From positions 20,420-84,419 of the forward strand of contig NZ_JBLXEC010000018.1 of the NCBI RefSeq assembly GCF_048263515.1: a DNA stretch of 64,000 nt. Reading direction: 5' to 3'. The notes beneath the pieces were generated by a model. The model had not been told where the DNA came from. It saw nothing but the letters and a program-made list of their open reading frames with translations, and did not search any database. Source of the DNA: Marinovum sp. GTDB lineage: Bacteria > Pseudomonadota > Alphaproteobacteria > Rhodobacterales > Rhodobacteraceae. Positions 1-10,070 of the stretch are shown piece by piece. The translations under genes were made by a program, and so were the position numbers. Each line of letters begins with the position of its first letter. Position 1 is the first letter of the stretch.

Positions 1-353
1 ACCTGACGCGGGCGCTGGCCGAGACCACGGGCCTGCCGTTGAGTGAGGCCGAGCTGCATGTGCATGACGTGCTCAATGTCTTCATGTGCACTGGCTTTAC
101 CCGCGATACCGGGCAGTATTTCATGAAGGCCAGCCCGGTGCGGCCGGGGGACTACTTCGAGCTTTTTGCCGAGATCGACCTGCTGGGGGCGCTGAGCGCC
201 TGTCCCGGCGGGGATTGTTCGGCAGAGCACACCTCGGATGTGGCGGCCTGTTATCCGTTGCTGATCGAGGTCCTTGCGCCCGAGGCCGCGGCGCTCGAGG
301 GATGGCAGCCGGCGCAGGCCAATGGCTATGACGGGACGCATGGGGTCGGGTGA
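1..353 (+). CDS. DUF1989 / urea carboxylase-associated family protein, C-terminal part (5' truncated by window edge)
   Basis: Frame is open from the window start; motifs HDVLNVFMCTG, PVRPGDYFELFAEIDLLGALSACPGGDCS. Confidence 0.8.
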   Translation, partial: LTRALAETTGLPLSEAELHVHDVLNVFMCTGFTRDTGQYFMKASPVRPGDYFELFAEIDLLGALSACPGGDCSAEHTSDVAACYPLLIEVLAPEAAALEGWQPAQANGYDGTHGVG

Positions 354-451
354 GCGGTGAGGTCCCGGCTCGGGGGCCGGGACTGCGGTGCGCGACAGGG
401 TTGTCAAGAGTCCAGGTGCGCCGGAGAGGGAGGGCGGGCATCCGCCCCCTG

Positions 452-1789
452 TCAGCCTTCGTGGATGAAGTGCAGCCGGTCGAAGGTCGCCCGCCAGGCG
501 GCGACATCGGCGGCGAGGGTCTCCGGCGCATCGGCGGTGAGCGCCTTGGCAATCAGCCGGGCGAGCTCCGGCGCGTGCTCCTCGGTCATGCCCCAGCGCA
601 CCAGCTCGGGCGTGCCGATCCGCAGACCGTTCATGTCACCCTCGACCGGTTCGCCGGGCAGGCCGATGCCGCAGGCGAGGAAGCCGGCCTTGCGCAGGGT
701 GCGAGAGGCCGCCTGACCGCCGCCGAAGCTCTCGGCCTGGAGCGCGAACTGGTGCGAGCGGGTCGGCCCGTCGGAGGTGCGAAACACCGGCAGGCCCTCG
801 GCGGCCAGCGCCCGGGCCAGCGCGCGGGCCATGTCGATCATCTGCGTGGCATAGGCCGCGCCATGGTCGCGCCAGTCGAGCAGAGAGACGGCGAGCGCGG
901 CGGATTTGGCGGCGTCGAAGTTGGCGGTGAGGCCGGGAAAGGCGATCTGTTCCAGCCGCCTGGCGATCTCGGCCTCGCGGGTGACGATGAGCCCGCCGGG
1001 CGGGCCGCCCAGCGACTTGTAGGTGCTCATCGTCATAAGATGCGCGCCCTCGTCGAGCGGGTTGGGCCAGGCACCGCCGGCGATGATGCCGCATTGATGG
1101 GCGGCGTCGAACAGCAGCTTGGCGCCGCAGCGGTCGGCGATGGCGCGGATCTCCTTGACCGGGTGGGGCAGCAGGTTGAGGCTGCCGCCGATGGTGATCA
1201 GCCCCGGCTCGACCGCCTGCGCCAGCTCGGCCAGACCGGCGAGATCGACGGTGTAATCCTCGGCATTCACCGGCGCTTCGTAGACCGTCAGACCGAACAG
1301 CCCGGCGGCGCCGTCCTCGTGGTGGGTGACATGCCCGCCGATCTCGGCCGGCGGCACGATCACGGAATCGCCAGGCTGGCAGAGCGCCATGAAGGCAAAG
1401 AGATTGGCCATGGCGCCAGAGGGCACGCGGATCTCGGCATGGCTGGCGTCGAAGATCTCGCAGGCCAGTTCGGCGGCAATCACCTCGATTTCCTCGATCG
1501 CCTCGAGCCCCATCTCGTATTTGTCACCGGGATAGCCCAGCGAGGGCCGCGTGCCGATGCCGCTGGACAGCAGCGCCTCGGCGGCGGGGTTCATCACGTT
1601 GGTGGCGGGGTTGAGGTTGAAACATTCGCGCTCGTGGATGCGTCGGTTCATCGCCGCAAGGGTGGAGATGCGGCTGGCGATGCGGGCGCTCTCGCCGCCG
1701 GCGGTGCGGGCGGCGATCCGATCGATCAGCGTGGCGCTCTGCTCGGGCAACCAGGGGCGGGCCGCGAGCTTGGCTTTGGGGTCTGACAT
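452..1789 (-). CDS. Serine hydroxymethyltransferase-family PLP enzyme (divergent)
   Basis: NLNPATN, GGHVTH, FDAAH, STYKSLGGPPGG, GLRIGTPE motifs; ATG at 1789 (MSDPK) chosen. Confidence 0.85.
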   Translation of the reverse strand: MSDPKAKLAARPWLPEQSATLIDRIAARTAGGESARIASRISTLAAMNRRIHERECFNLNPATNVMNPAAEALLSSGIGTRPSLGYPGDKYEMGLEAIEEIEVIAAELACEIFDASHAEIRVPSGAMANLFAFMALCQPGDSVIVPPAEIGGHVTHHEDGAAGLFGLTVYEAPVNAEDYTVDLAGLAELAQAVEPGLITIGGSLNLLPHPVKEIRAIADRCGAKLLFDAAHQCGIIAGGAWPNPLDEGAHLMTMSTYKSLGGPPGGLIVTREAEIARRLEQIAFPGLTANFDAAKSAALAVSLLDWRDHGAAYATQMIDMARALARALAAEGLPVFRTSDGPTRSHQFALQAESFGGGQAASRTLRKAGFLACGIGLPGEPVEGDMNGLRIGTPELVRWGMTEEHAPELARLIAKALTADAPETLAADVAAWRATFDRLHFIHEG

Positions 1790-1879
1790 CTGGGCCTCAT
1801 GGCATGATTGCCCGGCCACTCAACCCTGTCGCGCGGGCGGGTGCAAATCGATAGTCGCTGCGAAGGGCCGCGAGCGGGG

Positions 1880-2452
1880 TCAGCCCTGCGCGGCGCGGCG
1901 CTCGCGGCGGATGCGGAACACCTCTTTGCGTGGCGTCCAGGTGTAGCGGAAATCGTCGCGGGTGGGCGCCCAGAACAGGGTGCCGCCCCGGCGCCAGGGA
2001 TCGAGCACGATGCCGTCATAAAGCGACTGGCCGGCGGCCGAGATGATGACAGTGGAATGTTCGAGCAGCAGGTTGTCCCAGTTCGCCACGGCGCGGTGCA
2101 GCTGGAGGGTCTGGAACTGCTCCTGCTTCAGCCGCCGCTCCAGATCGTCGGCCCAGTGATAACACAGTCCCCGCGACTTGATCCCGAGGTTGACCTTGGA
2201 ATTGTGCACCAGCGGCGGATCCTCGATCTCGTATAGCTGCGCCAGCCGCCAGGTCTCGGCATAGGCCACCCGCGCGGCGCGGTAGGCCTCTTCCGGGTCG
2301 ACATGCGGCCCGAGGATGCGCAGCGCCTGGGTCAGCGCCTCTTCGTCGTCGGGGGAGGCCAGTGTCGGGCCATAGGTGCCGGGCACGGCACAGGCCGACA
2401 GCCCGGTGGCGGGCAGGGCCATGAGGAAAAAGCGGCGGGTGAGGGCGGGCAT
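1880..2452 (-). CDS. Hypothetical lipoprotein
   Basis: TRRFFL N-terminus and LSAC lipobox; conserved-looking RGLCYHWA, EHS, VLDPWR motifs. Confidence 0.7.
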   Translation of the reverse strand: MPALTRRFFLMALPATGLSACAVPGTYGPTLASPDDEEALTQALRILGPHVDPEEAYRAARVAYAETWRLAQLYEIEDPPLVHNSKVNLGIKSRGLCYHWADDLERRLKQEQFQTLQLHRAVANWDNLLLEHSTVIISAAGQSLYDGIVLDPWRRGGTLFWAPTRDDFRYTWTPRKEVFRIRRERRAAQG

Positions 2453-2557
2453 GAAGGTCCTGCGTCTGTCGGTGTTGCCGCAGGTTCTACCGCCCAGAGC
2501 GCTGCTGTCGAGCCATCCGGACCTGCCGGATGGCCGATTGTTGCGTACAAGCCCCGG

Positions 2558-3439
2558 CTAGTTCAGCCGCACCATCCGCGTGCCCTTGTCATTGACCAGG
2601 GTGTTGCGGTCGGCGATGCGCAGCTGAAAGGCGCCGCTGACGCTTTCGACGAAGGGCCCGGTGTCGAGGTAATAGGTCGCCTGGCCTTTCAGAACCAGCA
2701 CGAAGCCCTGGGCGCTGACGTTCTGCACTTCCCATGTGCCTTCAAGTGTGAAGTTCAGAAGCTGGGTGTAGCCCTGCGCCATCATCTCGACCTGGCCGAA
2801 GCCCTCGTAGGTCTTGTCGCGGCGGTACTCGGTGGTGCCGGTGATGCTGGCGCGGTCGACGCCGGTGATCTGCATCTGCTCGGGGTCAGAGCGCCAGGTG
2901 CCGGGCAGGTAGCCCATGATGTCGAAGTCCGGGGTTTCGGGCTTTGCCGGAGCGGCGGCGAGGATCTCGCGCAGCTGCGGCACCTCGCTGGCGCGTTTCC
3001 ACTCGCCCATGCCCTCCATCCAGACATAGGTGTCGCCGGTCAGCGCGCCGCTGGCGACCTTTTCCTTGAGCTGGGCGGCATCGAAGGGCCCGGTGGTGGC
3101 GCCGCTGACCGCGATATAGACCGCCAGCACCGGATCGGGGGGCGGCGGTGGCGGTGGCGTGGCCCCGCCGCCATTGTCGGGCGGTGGCGGTGGCGGGGTG
3201 ACGCCGCCGGGGGTGTCGCCTCCTGGCGGTTCCGGCGTGTCGCCTCCGGCGGGCGGCGCGGGGCTGACGGTGATCGGCGGGGTCGGGGCCTCGCCCTCGG
3301 CAGGGCTGGCGCCGGCGCCCAGCCTGTCGAAGAGCCCGGGGGCGCTGAAGGCCACCTGCGCCTCGGCCGGGGGCGGCGCTGTCAGGGTGGCAGAGGCCAG
3401 GAACAGGGCGGCCGCGAGGCCGCGCATCGGAATAGGCAT
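2558..3439 (-). CDS. Secreted protein with proline-rich linker and GYF_2/DUF4339 domain
   Basis: Signal peptide ending AEA; polyproline runs; GPFDAAQL...DTYVWMEGMGEWKRASEVPQL; RBS AAGGGAGA before ATG 3439. Confidence 0.75.
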   Translation of the reverse strand: MPIPMRGLAAALFLASATLTAPPPAEAQVAFSAPGLFDRLGAGASPAEGEAPTPPITVSPAPPAGGDTPEPPGGDTPGGVTPPPPPPDNGGGATPPPPPPPDPVLAVYIAVSGATTGPFDAAQLKEKVASGALTGDTYVWMEGMGEWKRASEVPQLREILAAAPAKPETPDFDIMGYLPGTWRSDPEQMQITGVDRASITGTTEYRRDKTYEGFGQVEMMAQGYTQLLNFTLEGTWEVQNVSAQGFVLVLKGQATYYLDTGPFVESVSGAFQLRIADRNTLVNDKGTRMVRLN

Positions 3440-3547
3440 CGTCAAATCTCCCTTGGTACAATGGCGGCAGCATAGCAGATGCAGCCCGCCGCCCAAAGAG
3501 CGCGGCGCTTGTACACGGGGATTGTCAGAGAGCAGGCAGGCGCCCGG

Positions 3548-4534
3548 TCAGAGCATCGAGGGCACCACCTGGTCGGGCGGGCGATGGCCGTCGGCAAAGG
3601 TCTTGATGTTCAACAGCACCTTCTCGCCCATCTCGATCCGGCCTTCGAGCGTGGCCGAGCCCATGTGCGGCAGCAGCGCCACGTTGGGCATGTTGCGCAG
3701 GTCGGGATTGACCGTGGCGCCATGTTCATAGACGTCGAGGCCTGCGCCGGCGATCTCGCCCGCCTGGAGCATCCGGGTCATGGCATTCTCGTCGATCACC
3801 TCGCCGCGCGAGGTGTTGACGATCACCGCGGTGGGTTTCATCAGCTTGAGCCGCCGGGCGTTCATCAGGTGGAAGGTCGAGGGCGTGTGCGGGCAGTTGA
3901 CCGAGATCACGTCCATTCGCGCCACCATCTGGTCGAGACTGTCCCAATAGGTGGCCTCGAAGCGCTCTTCGACCTCGGGGCGCAGCCGGCGGCGGTTGTG
4001 GTAGTGTACCTGCATGCCAAAGGCCATGGCGCGCCGCGCCACTGCCTGTCCGATGTGCCCCATGCCGAGGATGCCCAGCCGGCGCCCGCCGACGCGGCCA
4101 CCCAGCATGGCCGAGGGCGACCAACCGGCCCAGTCGCCGGTCTGCATCATCGCCAGCCCCTCGGGCAGGCGGCGGGTGACGGCAAGGATCAGCGACATCG
4201 CCATGTCGGCGGTGTCCTCGGCCGAGACGCCCGGGGTGTTCGACACCAGCACCCCGCGGCTGCGGGCGGTGGCGACGTCGATGTGATCGACCCCGGCGCC
4301 GTAGTTGGCGATCAGCTTGAGCCGCTCGCCGGCGCCCGAAATCAGCCCGGCGTCGATGGTGTCCGACAGGGTCGGGACGAGGACGTCGGCCTCCTGCATG
4401 GCGGCGGCCAGTTCCTGGCGCGACATCGGCGTGTCGTCGTCACGCAGGCGCACGTCGAAGAGTTCCGTCAGCCGGGTTTCTACCACCTCGGGCAAGCGTC
4501 GCGTAACGACAACACTCAGGCGTTTTGATGGCAT
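3548..4534 (-). CDS. D-glycerate dehydrogenase / glyoxylate reductase (2-hydroxyacid dehydrogenase)
   Basis: GILGMGHIG Rossmann motif, VNTSRG, GLDVYE, LPHMGSAT. Confidence 0.9.
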   Translation of the reverse strand: MPSKRLSVVVTRRLPEVVETRLTELFDVRLRDDDTPMSRQELAAAMQEADVLVPTLSDTIDAGLISGAGERLKLIANYGAGVDHIDVATARSRGVLVSNTPGVSAEDTADMAMSLILAVTRRLPEGLAMMQTGDWAGWSPSAMLGGRVGGRRLGILGMGHIGQAVARRAMAFGMQVHYHNRRRLRPEVEERFEATYWDSLDQMVARMDVISVNCPHTPSTFHLMNARRLKLMKPTAVIVNTSRGEVIDENAMTRMLQAGEIAGAGLDVYEHGATVNPDLRNMPNVALLPHMGSATLEGRIEMGEKVLLNIKTFADGHRPPDQVVPSML

Positions 4535-4644
4535 GTGTTCCCGGCTCCTTCTTTTCATCGGGGTCGTCTTGGGGGCACACTGCCGCAGAGCACGCGGAGG
4601 CACAAGAACCCCGCGGCGAATAAACGATTGGCAGGCAGTGCAAG

Positions 4645-5163
4645 GTGACTGACATGGTGTCGCGGGTCACGCGAACAGGCGCTATTGGCGCAATAATTCT
4701 GAGTATCTGGATGGGGATGGCCACCGCGCAGGAGACGCGCGGTCCGGTGACGAACCTGCCCTTGCCGCGGTTCGTCTCGCTCAAGGCGAGCGAGGGCAAC
4801 GTGCGCCGCGGGCCGTCGCTGTCGCATCGCATCGACTGGGTGTTCAAGCGGCGCGACATGCCGCTCGAGGTGACGGCGGAATACGGCCACTGGCGCCGGG
4901 TGCGCGACCGCGAGGGCGCCGGCGGCTGGGTGCATTACGCGCTGCTCTCGGGCTCGCGCACGGTGATCGTCGACGGCGATCTGCTGGCGTTGCACGTGCG
5001 CCCCGACGGGCGCACCCCGGTCAAGGCGCGGCTCGAGCGCGGGGTGATCGCGCGGCTGGGCGATTGCGACCTGGAATGGTGCGAGGTAAGCTCCGGCGGC
5101 TACAAGGGCTGGGCCGAGAAGCGCGCGCTCTGGGGCGTGGCGCCCGATGAAATCCGGGAGTGA
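4645..5163 (+). CDS. Double bacterial SH3-domain secreted protein
   Basis: Signal peptide; LPRFVSLK..NVRRGPS..WRRVRD..GWV and second WCEV..GW repeat. Confidence 0.85.
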   Translation: MTDMVSRVTRTGAIGAIILSIWMGMATAQETRGPVTNLPLPRFVSLKASEGNVRRGPSLSHRIDWVFKRRDMPLEVTAEYGHWRRVRDREGAGGWVHYALLSGSRTVIVDGDLLALHVRPDGRTPVKARLERGVIARLGDCDLEWCEVSSGGYKGWAEKRALWGVAPDEIRE

Positions 5164-5181
5164 CTTTGGGGTGAAGCCCTT

Positions 5182-5570
5182 GGCGCGGAACAAGGCTGAA
5201 GGCCGCCGCGCCATCGCCGGTCCGCCCCCACGGCACGGCGATTGGTTGACGTGCGCGCACCGCTCTTTCAAAGCGCGCCAGTGGCCGGGATAAACCGAAC
5301 AGACCTCAGGTTGGATCGCCGCACCGCGGCCCGACGATGACACAGCCTGCACGGTGGGTCTGACAGACGGGGCGCGGAATCAAGGCCGAAGGCCGCCGCG
5401 CCATCGCCGGGCCGCCCCCCGGCACGGCGATTGGTTGGCCTGAGCGCATCGCTCTTTCAAAGCGCGCCAGTGGCCGGGATAAATCACACAGACCTCAGGT
5501 TGGATCGCCGTGCCGCGGCCCGACAATGACACGGCTTGTGCGGTGGGTCTGACGGGGCGAGGCGCGGGAT
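5182..5570. repeat. Tandem ~189-bp repeat (2 full copies plus start of a third), each folding as a long imperfect hairpin
   Basis: Units start at 5182, 5371 and 5561; shared blocks GGCCGCCGCGCCATCGCCGG, CGCTCTTTCAAAGCGCGCCAGTGGCCGGGATAAA and CAGACCTCAGGTTGGATCGCCG; 21-bp arms 5205-5225/5326-5346 and 5395-5415/5515-5535. Confidence 0.95.
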
Positions 5571-5640
5571 TAAAGCCGCAGACCGACGCGGCATCGACGC
5601 ACCGCCCCCCGTCAATGACGCCGTGAGACCAGACCTCAGT

Positions 5641-6348
5641 TCACCCCTTGAACGCCGCCTCCAGCGCAATCTCCACCATGTCGCCGAAACTTTTCTCCCG
5701 CTGCTCGGACGGCAGCGCCTCGCCGGTCAGCAGGTGGTCCGACACCGTCAGCACCGCCAAGGCCCGCACCTTGTGCCGCAACGCGAGGATATAGAGCTCG
5801 GCCGCCTCCATCTCGACACCGAGAATGCCGTGGCGGGTCATCTGCTCGTTGAGGTCGGGGCGCTCGTCGTAGAACACGTCGGACGAATAGATCCCGCCCA
5901 CATGGGTCGGCGTTCCCCGCGCCTCGGCCGCTTCGGCCGCCGCCCGCAACAGGCCATAGTCCGCACAAGGCGCAAAGTTCAGCTCGCGCAGGATCCCACG
6001 CGACGGCGTCGACAAGGTGGTCGAGGTCATCGCGATGATGATGTCGCGGACCTTGACGGCTTCCTGCATGGCCCCGCACGACCCGATGCGGATCAGCGTC
6101 TTGGCGCCATAGTCGCGGATCAGCTCGTTGGCATAGATCGACAGCGAGGCCATCCCCATGCCGGAGCCCTGGATGGTGACGCGCTGGCCCTTCCAGGTGC
6201 CGGTATAGCCCAGCATGCCGCGCACCTCGTTGATGCAGACCGCATCCTCGAGAAAGGTCTCGGCCGCCCAGCGCGCCCGGTAGGGATCGCCCGGCATCAG
6301 CACGGTTTCAGCGATGTCGCCGGGCTTGGCCCCGATGTGGATGGTCAT
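5641..6348 (-). CDS. deoD: Purine-nucleoside phosphorylase
   Basis: [35 protein letters not shown]. Confidence 0.95.
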   Translation of the reverse strand: MTIHIGAKPGDIAETVLMPGDPYRARWAAETFLEDAVCINEVRGMLGYTGTWKGQRVTIQGSGMGMASLSIYANELIRDYGAKTLIRIGSCGAMQEAVKVRDIIIAMTSTTLSTPSRGILRELNFAPCADYGLLRAAAEAAEARGTPTHVGGIYSSDVFYDERPDLNEQMTRHGILGVEMEAAELYILALRHKVRALAVLTVSDHLLTGEALPSEQREKSFGDMVEIALEAAFKG

Positions 6349-6497
6349 GGCACTCTCCGCCGTCAGATTTCGTTTGGCGCAAGAGTGACATCGGGGCTTT
6401 CGGATCACAAGTGGCCGGCAATGGCGCGATTAGCGATTGAAGGCGCGCGACATATCCTTAAGGTTGAATGTGGGAGCAAAAAGGAAGGCATGGCCTC

Positions 6498-7952
6498 ATG
6501 TCGACCCTGACGATCATCATCGGTCTTCTGGCCGGGACAGCGGCCCTCACGGGCCTCGGCGTTGCGCTCCGACAATGGCAGCGGCGCGCCGAGGAGATCG
6601 CCGGCCTGCGCCAGCGCCAGGTGGATCTGGTGGCCGAGAATGCCAGGCTGATGCGGATGGTGGAGTATGACGATCTCACCTCGGCGCGGTCACGGCGCTA
6701 CCTGCGCGAATTGTTCGCCCGCACCCGGCAGGACGGTAGCAACGCGATGATTTTTGTCGATCTCGACGAGTTCAAGAGCGTCAATGACGGCTTCGGCCAC
6801 CGCGCCGGCGACGGTTTCCTGCGGCGCATCGCCCAGGCGCTGCGCAACGAATGCCGCGAGCAGGAGACGCTGTTCCGCCACGGCGGCGACGAGTTCTGCA
6901 TCTACCTGCAGGGCGTGCCGCTCGATGCTGCGGCCGAGCGGGCGCGGACCTTCGTGCAGGTGGTGCGCGACACCTCGGTCGATGTCAGCGGCGTCACTGT
7001 GCGCCGCACCGCCAGCGCCGGCGTGGCGCGGATCGACCCCAAGCAGGACATGATGGGTGCGCTCTATTACGCCGACGAGGCGCTATACGCCGCCAAGCAG
7101 GCCGGCGGCAATTGCGTGCGGGTGACCGAGGGCGAGACGCTGCGGTCGATGATCGCCCGGCGCACCGGGCCGCGGGCCGAGGATCTGGCCGAGGCGCTGC
7201 GCCGCGAGGAGATCACCTATTACGTCCAGCCGATCTACGACACCCGCGCCGGCCGTGCCGTCGGCGTCGAGGCACTGATCCGCTGGGTGCGCAGCGATGG
7301 CGACGTGGTGCTGCCGGCCAAGTTCATCGACATGATGACCCGCAGCCAGCACCGCAACCTGTCACCGCCAGACAGCGCCCTTGTCGAGGTGGCGCAGAGC
7401 TTCTGCCCGGTCAACGACCAGCTCTATTGCGCCTTCAACATTTCGGCGCAGATGCTGGAGCGGCCGGTCGAGGACAACATGGCCTTTGCCAGCGCGCTGA
7501 CCCGCGGGCTGAACCCGTCGCAGGTGGTGCTGGAACTGGTCGAGAGCGCGGCGATCCGCAATCCCGCGCGCGCCAGGGAGGTGCTGCAGCAATTCCGCGC
7601 CCATGGCATCCGCATCGCGCTGGACGATTTCGGCACCGGTTTCTCCAACCTCGAGCGGTTGCAGGACTTCGAGGTCGACATCGTCAAGATCGACCGCCGC
7701 TTCCTGCGCGGTCTCGGCATGGGGCAGGGCGACCGCGGCATCCTGCGGGCGCTGCACGCGCTGTCGCGCGACATGGGCTTTGCGCTGATCGCCGAGGGGG
7801 TGGAGACCGAGCAGGAACTGCAGGTGCTGCAGGAGATCGGCATTCACACCGCTCAGGGCTACCTGCTGGGCCGCCCCGAGACGGTGGATTACTGGCAGGC
7901 CCGGATCAACCAGCCGCTGGCGCCGGGGCTCTGCCTGCGCAAGACCGCCTGA
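6498..7952 (+). CDS. Membrane-anchored GGDEF-EAL diguanylate cyclase/phosphodiesterase
   Basis: N-terminal TM helix; intact HGGDEF, VEALIRW, DDFGTG and AEGVET motifs. Confidence 0.92.
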   Translation: MSTLTIIIGLLAGTAALTGLGVALRQWQRRAEEIAGLRQRQVDLVAENARLMRMVEYDDLTSARSRRYLRELFARTRQDGSNAMIFVDLDEFKSVNDGFGHRAGDGFLRRIAQALRNECREQETLFRHGGDEFCIYLQGVPLDAAAERARTFVQVVRDTSVDVSGVTVRRTASAGVARIDPKQDMMGALYYADEALYAAKQAGGNCVRVTEGETLRSMIARRTGPRAEDLAEALRREEITYYVQPIYDTRAGRAVGVEALIRWVRSDGDVVLPAKFIDMMTRSQHRNLSPPDSALVEVAQSFCPVNDQLYCAFNISAQMLERPVEDNMAFASALTRGLNPSQVVLELVESAAIRNPARAREVLQQFRAHGIRIALDDFGTGFSNLERLQDFEVDIVKIDRRFLRGLGMGQGDRGILRALHALSRDMGFALIAEGVETEQELQVLQEIGIHTAQGYLLGRPETVDYWQARINQPLAPGLCLRKTA

Positions 7953-7964
7953 GCGGGCGGCGGC

Positions 7965-9932
7965 TTATTCTGCCGCCACCGACTGCGGATCGGCGAGGGT
8001 GACGATATCGGCCATGATGGTGTTCAGCTCGAAATCCTTGGGCGTATAGACCCGCGCCACACCCATGGTCAGCAGCCGGCGGGCATCCTCGTCGGGGATG
8101 ATGCCACCGACGATCACCGGCACATGGCCAAGGCCTGCGGCGCGCATCCGGTCCATCAGGTCCTCGACCAGCGGGATGTGACTGCCCGACAGGATCGACA
8201 GGCCCACCACATGCGCCTGATCCTCCTGCGCGGCGGTGACGATCTCTTCGGGGGTCAGGCGGATGCCTTCGTACTTGATGTCCATGCCGCAATCGCGGGC
8301 GCGATAGGCGATCTGTTCGGCGCCGTTGGAGTGGCCGTCGAGACCGGGCTTGCCAACCAGGAACTTGAGCCGACGGCCCAGACGGTCACTGACCGCATCC
8401 ACAGCCGAGCGCAGATCGTCGAGGTTCTCGGTCCGGTTCGACTGCGACGGCGAGACGCCGGTCGGCCCGCGATATTCGCCATAGGCCTGGCGCATCTCGG
8501 CGGCCCATTCGCCGGTGGTGACACCGGCCTTGGCGGCGGCAATCGACGGCGGCACGATATTGGCCCCGTCGCGCGCGGCGGCGCGCAGGTCGGCGAGCGC
8601 TGCCTCGACTGCCGCGGCATCCCGCGCGCTGCGCCATTCGGTCAGCCGGTCGATCTGTTCCTGCTCCACCGCCGGGTCCACCACCATGATGCCGCCATCG
8701 GCGGTCATCAGCGGCGAAGGCTCGGTCTCGGTCCAGCGGTTGACGCCGACAACCGTGGTCTCGTTACTCTCGATCCGGCCAAGCCGGTCGGCATTGGCAT
8801 CGACCAGCCGGGATTTCATGTATTCGATCGAAGACACCGCGCCGCCCATGCTGTCGAGATTGGCCAGCTCGTGGCGCGCACCATCCTTGAGCGCCTCGAC
8901 CTTGGCATCGACCGCCGGGTTGCCGTCAAAAAGATCGTCGAATTCCAGCAGGTCGGTCTCGTAGGCGAGGATCTGCTGCATCCGCATCGACCATTGCTGG
9001 TCCCAGGGGCGGGGCAGGCCCAGCGCCTCGTTCCAGGCGGGCAGCTGCACCGCGCGGGCCCGGGCCTTTTTCGACAGCGTCACCGCCAGCATCTCGATCA
9101 GGATGCGGTAGACGTTGTTTTCGGGCTGCTGCTCGGTCAGGCCCAGCGAGTTCACCTGAACGCCATAGCGGAAACGACGCATCTTGGGGTCGGTGATGCC
9201 GTAACGCTCGGCGCAGATCTCGTCCCAGAGGTCGACGAAGGCGCGCATCTTGCACATCTCGGTGACAAACCGGATGCCGGCGTTGACGAAGAACGAGATG
9301 CGGCCCACGACCGTCGGGAAATCCGCCTCGGGGATACGCGGCTTCAGCTCGTCCAGCACCGCCGTCGCCGTGGCAAGCGCAAAGGCCAGCTCCTGCTCGG
9401 GCGTCGCGCCGGCCTCTTGCAAGTGGTAGGAACAGACGTTCATCGGGTTCCACTTGGGAATGTTGGTGTAGCAATACTCGGCCACGTCCGCGATCATCTT
9501 GAGGCTGGGCTTCGGCGGGCAGATATAGGTGCCGCGCGACAGGTATTCCTTGATCAGGTCGTTCTGCACCGTGCCCTGCAGCTTCGAGACATCGGCGCCT
9601 TGTTCCTCGGCCACCGCGATGTAGAGCGCCAGCAGCCAGGGCGCCGTCGCGTTGATCGTCATCGAGGTGTTCATCTCTTCAAGCGGGATCTGATCGAAGA
9701 GAGCGCGCATGTCGCCCAGGTGACAGACCGGCACGCCGACCTTGCCGACCTCGCCGCGCGCCAGCACGTGGTCGCTGTCGTACCCGGTCTGCGTCGGCAG
9801 GTCGAAGGCCACCGAAAGGCCGGTCTGCCCCTTGGCAAGGTTGTTGCGGTAGAGCGCGTTCGAAGCGGCTGCGGTGGAATGGCCAGCATAGGTGCGGATC
9901 AGCCAGGGCTTGTCCTTCTTGGTCTCGGTCAT
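7965..9932 (-). CDS. ecm: Ethylmalonyl-CoA mutase (MeaA, B12-dependent)
   Basis: KPWLIRTYAGHS start, GLSVAFDLPTQTGYDSD, GLDGHSNG cobalamin motif; adjacent to ccr. Confidence 0.92.
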   Translation of the reverse strand: MTETKKDKPWLIRTYAGHSTAAASNALYRNNLAKGQTGLSVAFDLPTQTGYDSDHVLARGEVGKVGVPVCHLGDMRALFDQIPLEEMNTSMTINATAPWLLALYIAVAEEQGADVSKLQGTVQNDLIKEYLSRGTYICPPKPSLKMIADVAEYCYTNIPKWNPMNVCSYHLQEAGATPEQELAFALATATAVLDELKPRIPEADFPTVVGRISFFVNAGIRFVTEMCKMRAFVDLWDEICAERYGITDPKMRRFRYGVQVNSLGLTEQQPENNVYRILIEMLAVTLSKKARARAVQLPAWNEALGLPRPWDQQWSMRMQQILAYETDLLEFDDLFDGNPAVDAKVEALKDGARHELANLDSMGGAVSSIEYMKSRLVDANADRLGRIESNETTVVGVNRWTETEPSPLMTADGGIMVVDPAVEQEQIDRLTEWRSARDAAAVEAALADLRAAARDGANIVPPSIAAAKAGVTTGEWAAEMRQAYGEYRGPTGVSPSQSNRTENLDDLRSAVDAVSDRLGRRLKFLVGKPGLDGHSNGAEQIAYRARDCGMDIKYEGIRLTPEEIVTAAQEDQAHVVGLSILSGSHIPLVEDLMDRMRAAGLGHVPVIVGGIIPDEDARRLLTMGVARVYTPKDFELNTIMADIVTLADPQSVAAE

Positions 9933-10070
9933 CTCGGGCCTCTCGATTCGTTTGCGCAACAATGTTTCGTCGGGAGTGAGATAAGCGAAAGAAAGTGGCG
10001 CTGTCAATTCGCTGCGTTGCGGCGTGCGACTTATGTTTACGCAAATGCAGCAAAATGCAAATGTCTGCGG

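Noticed and set aside
5182-5570. CRISPR interpretation of the tandem repeat
   Set aside because: The ~189-bp unit is conserved throughout, with no short repeat/unique spacer pattern and no cas genes
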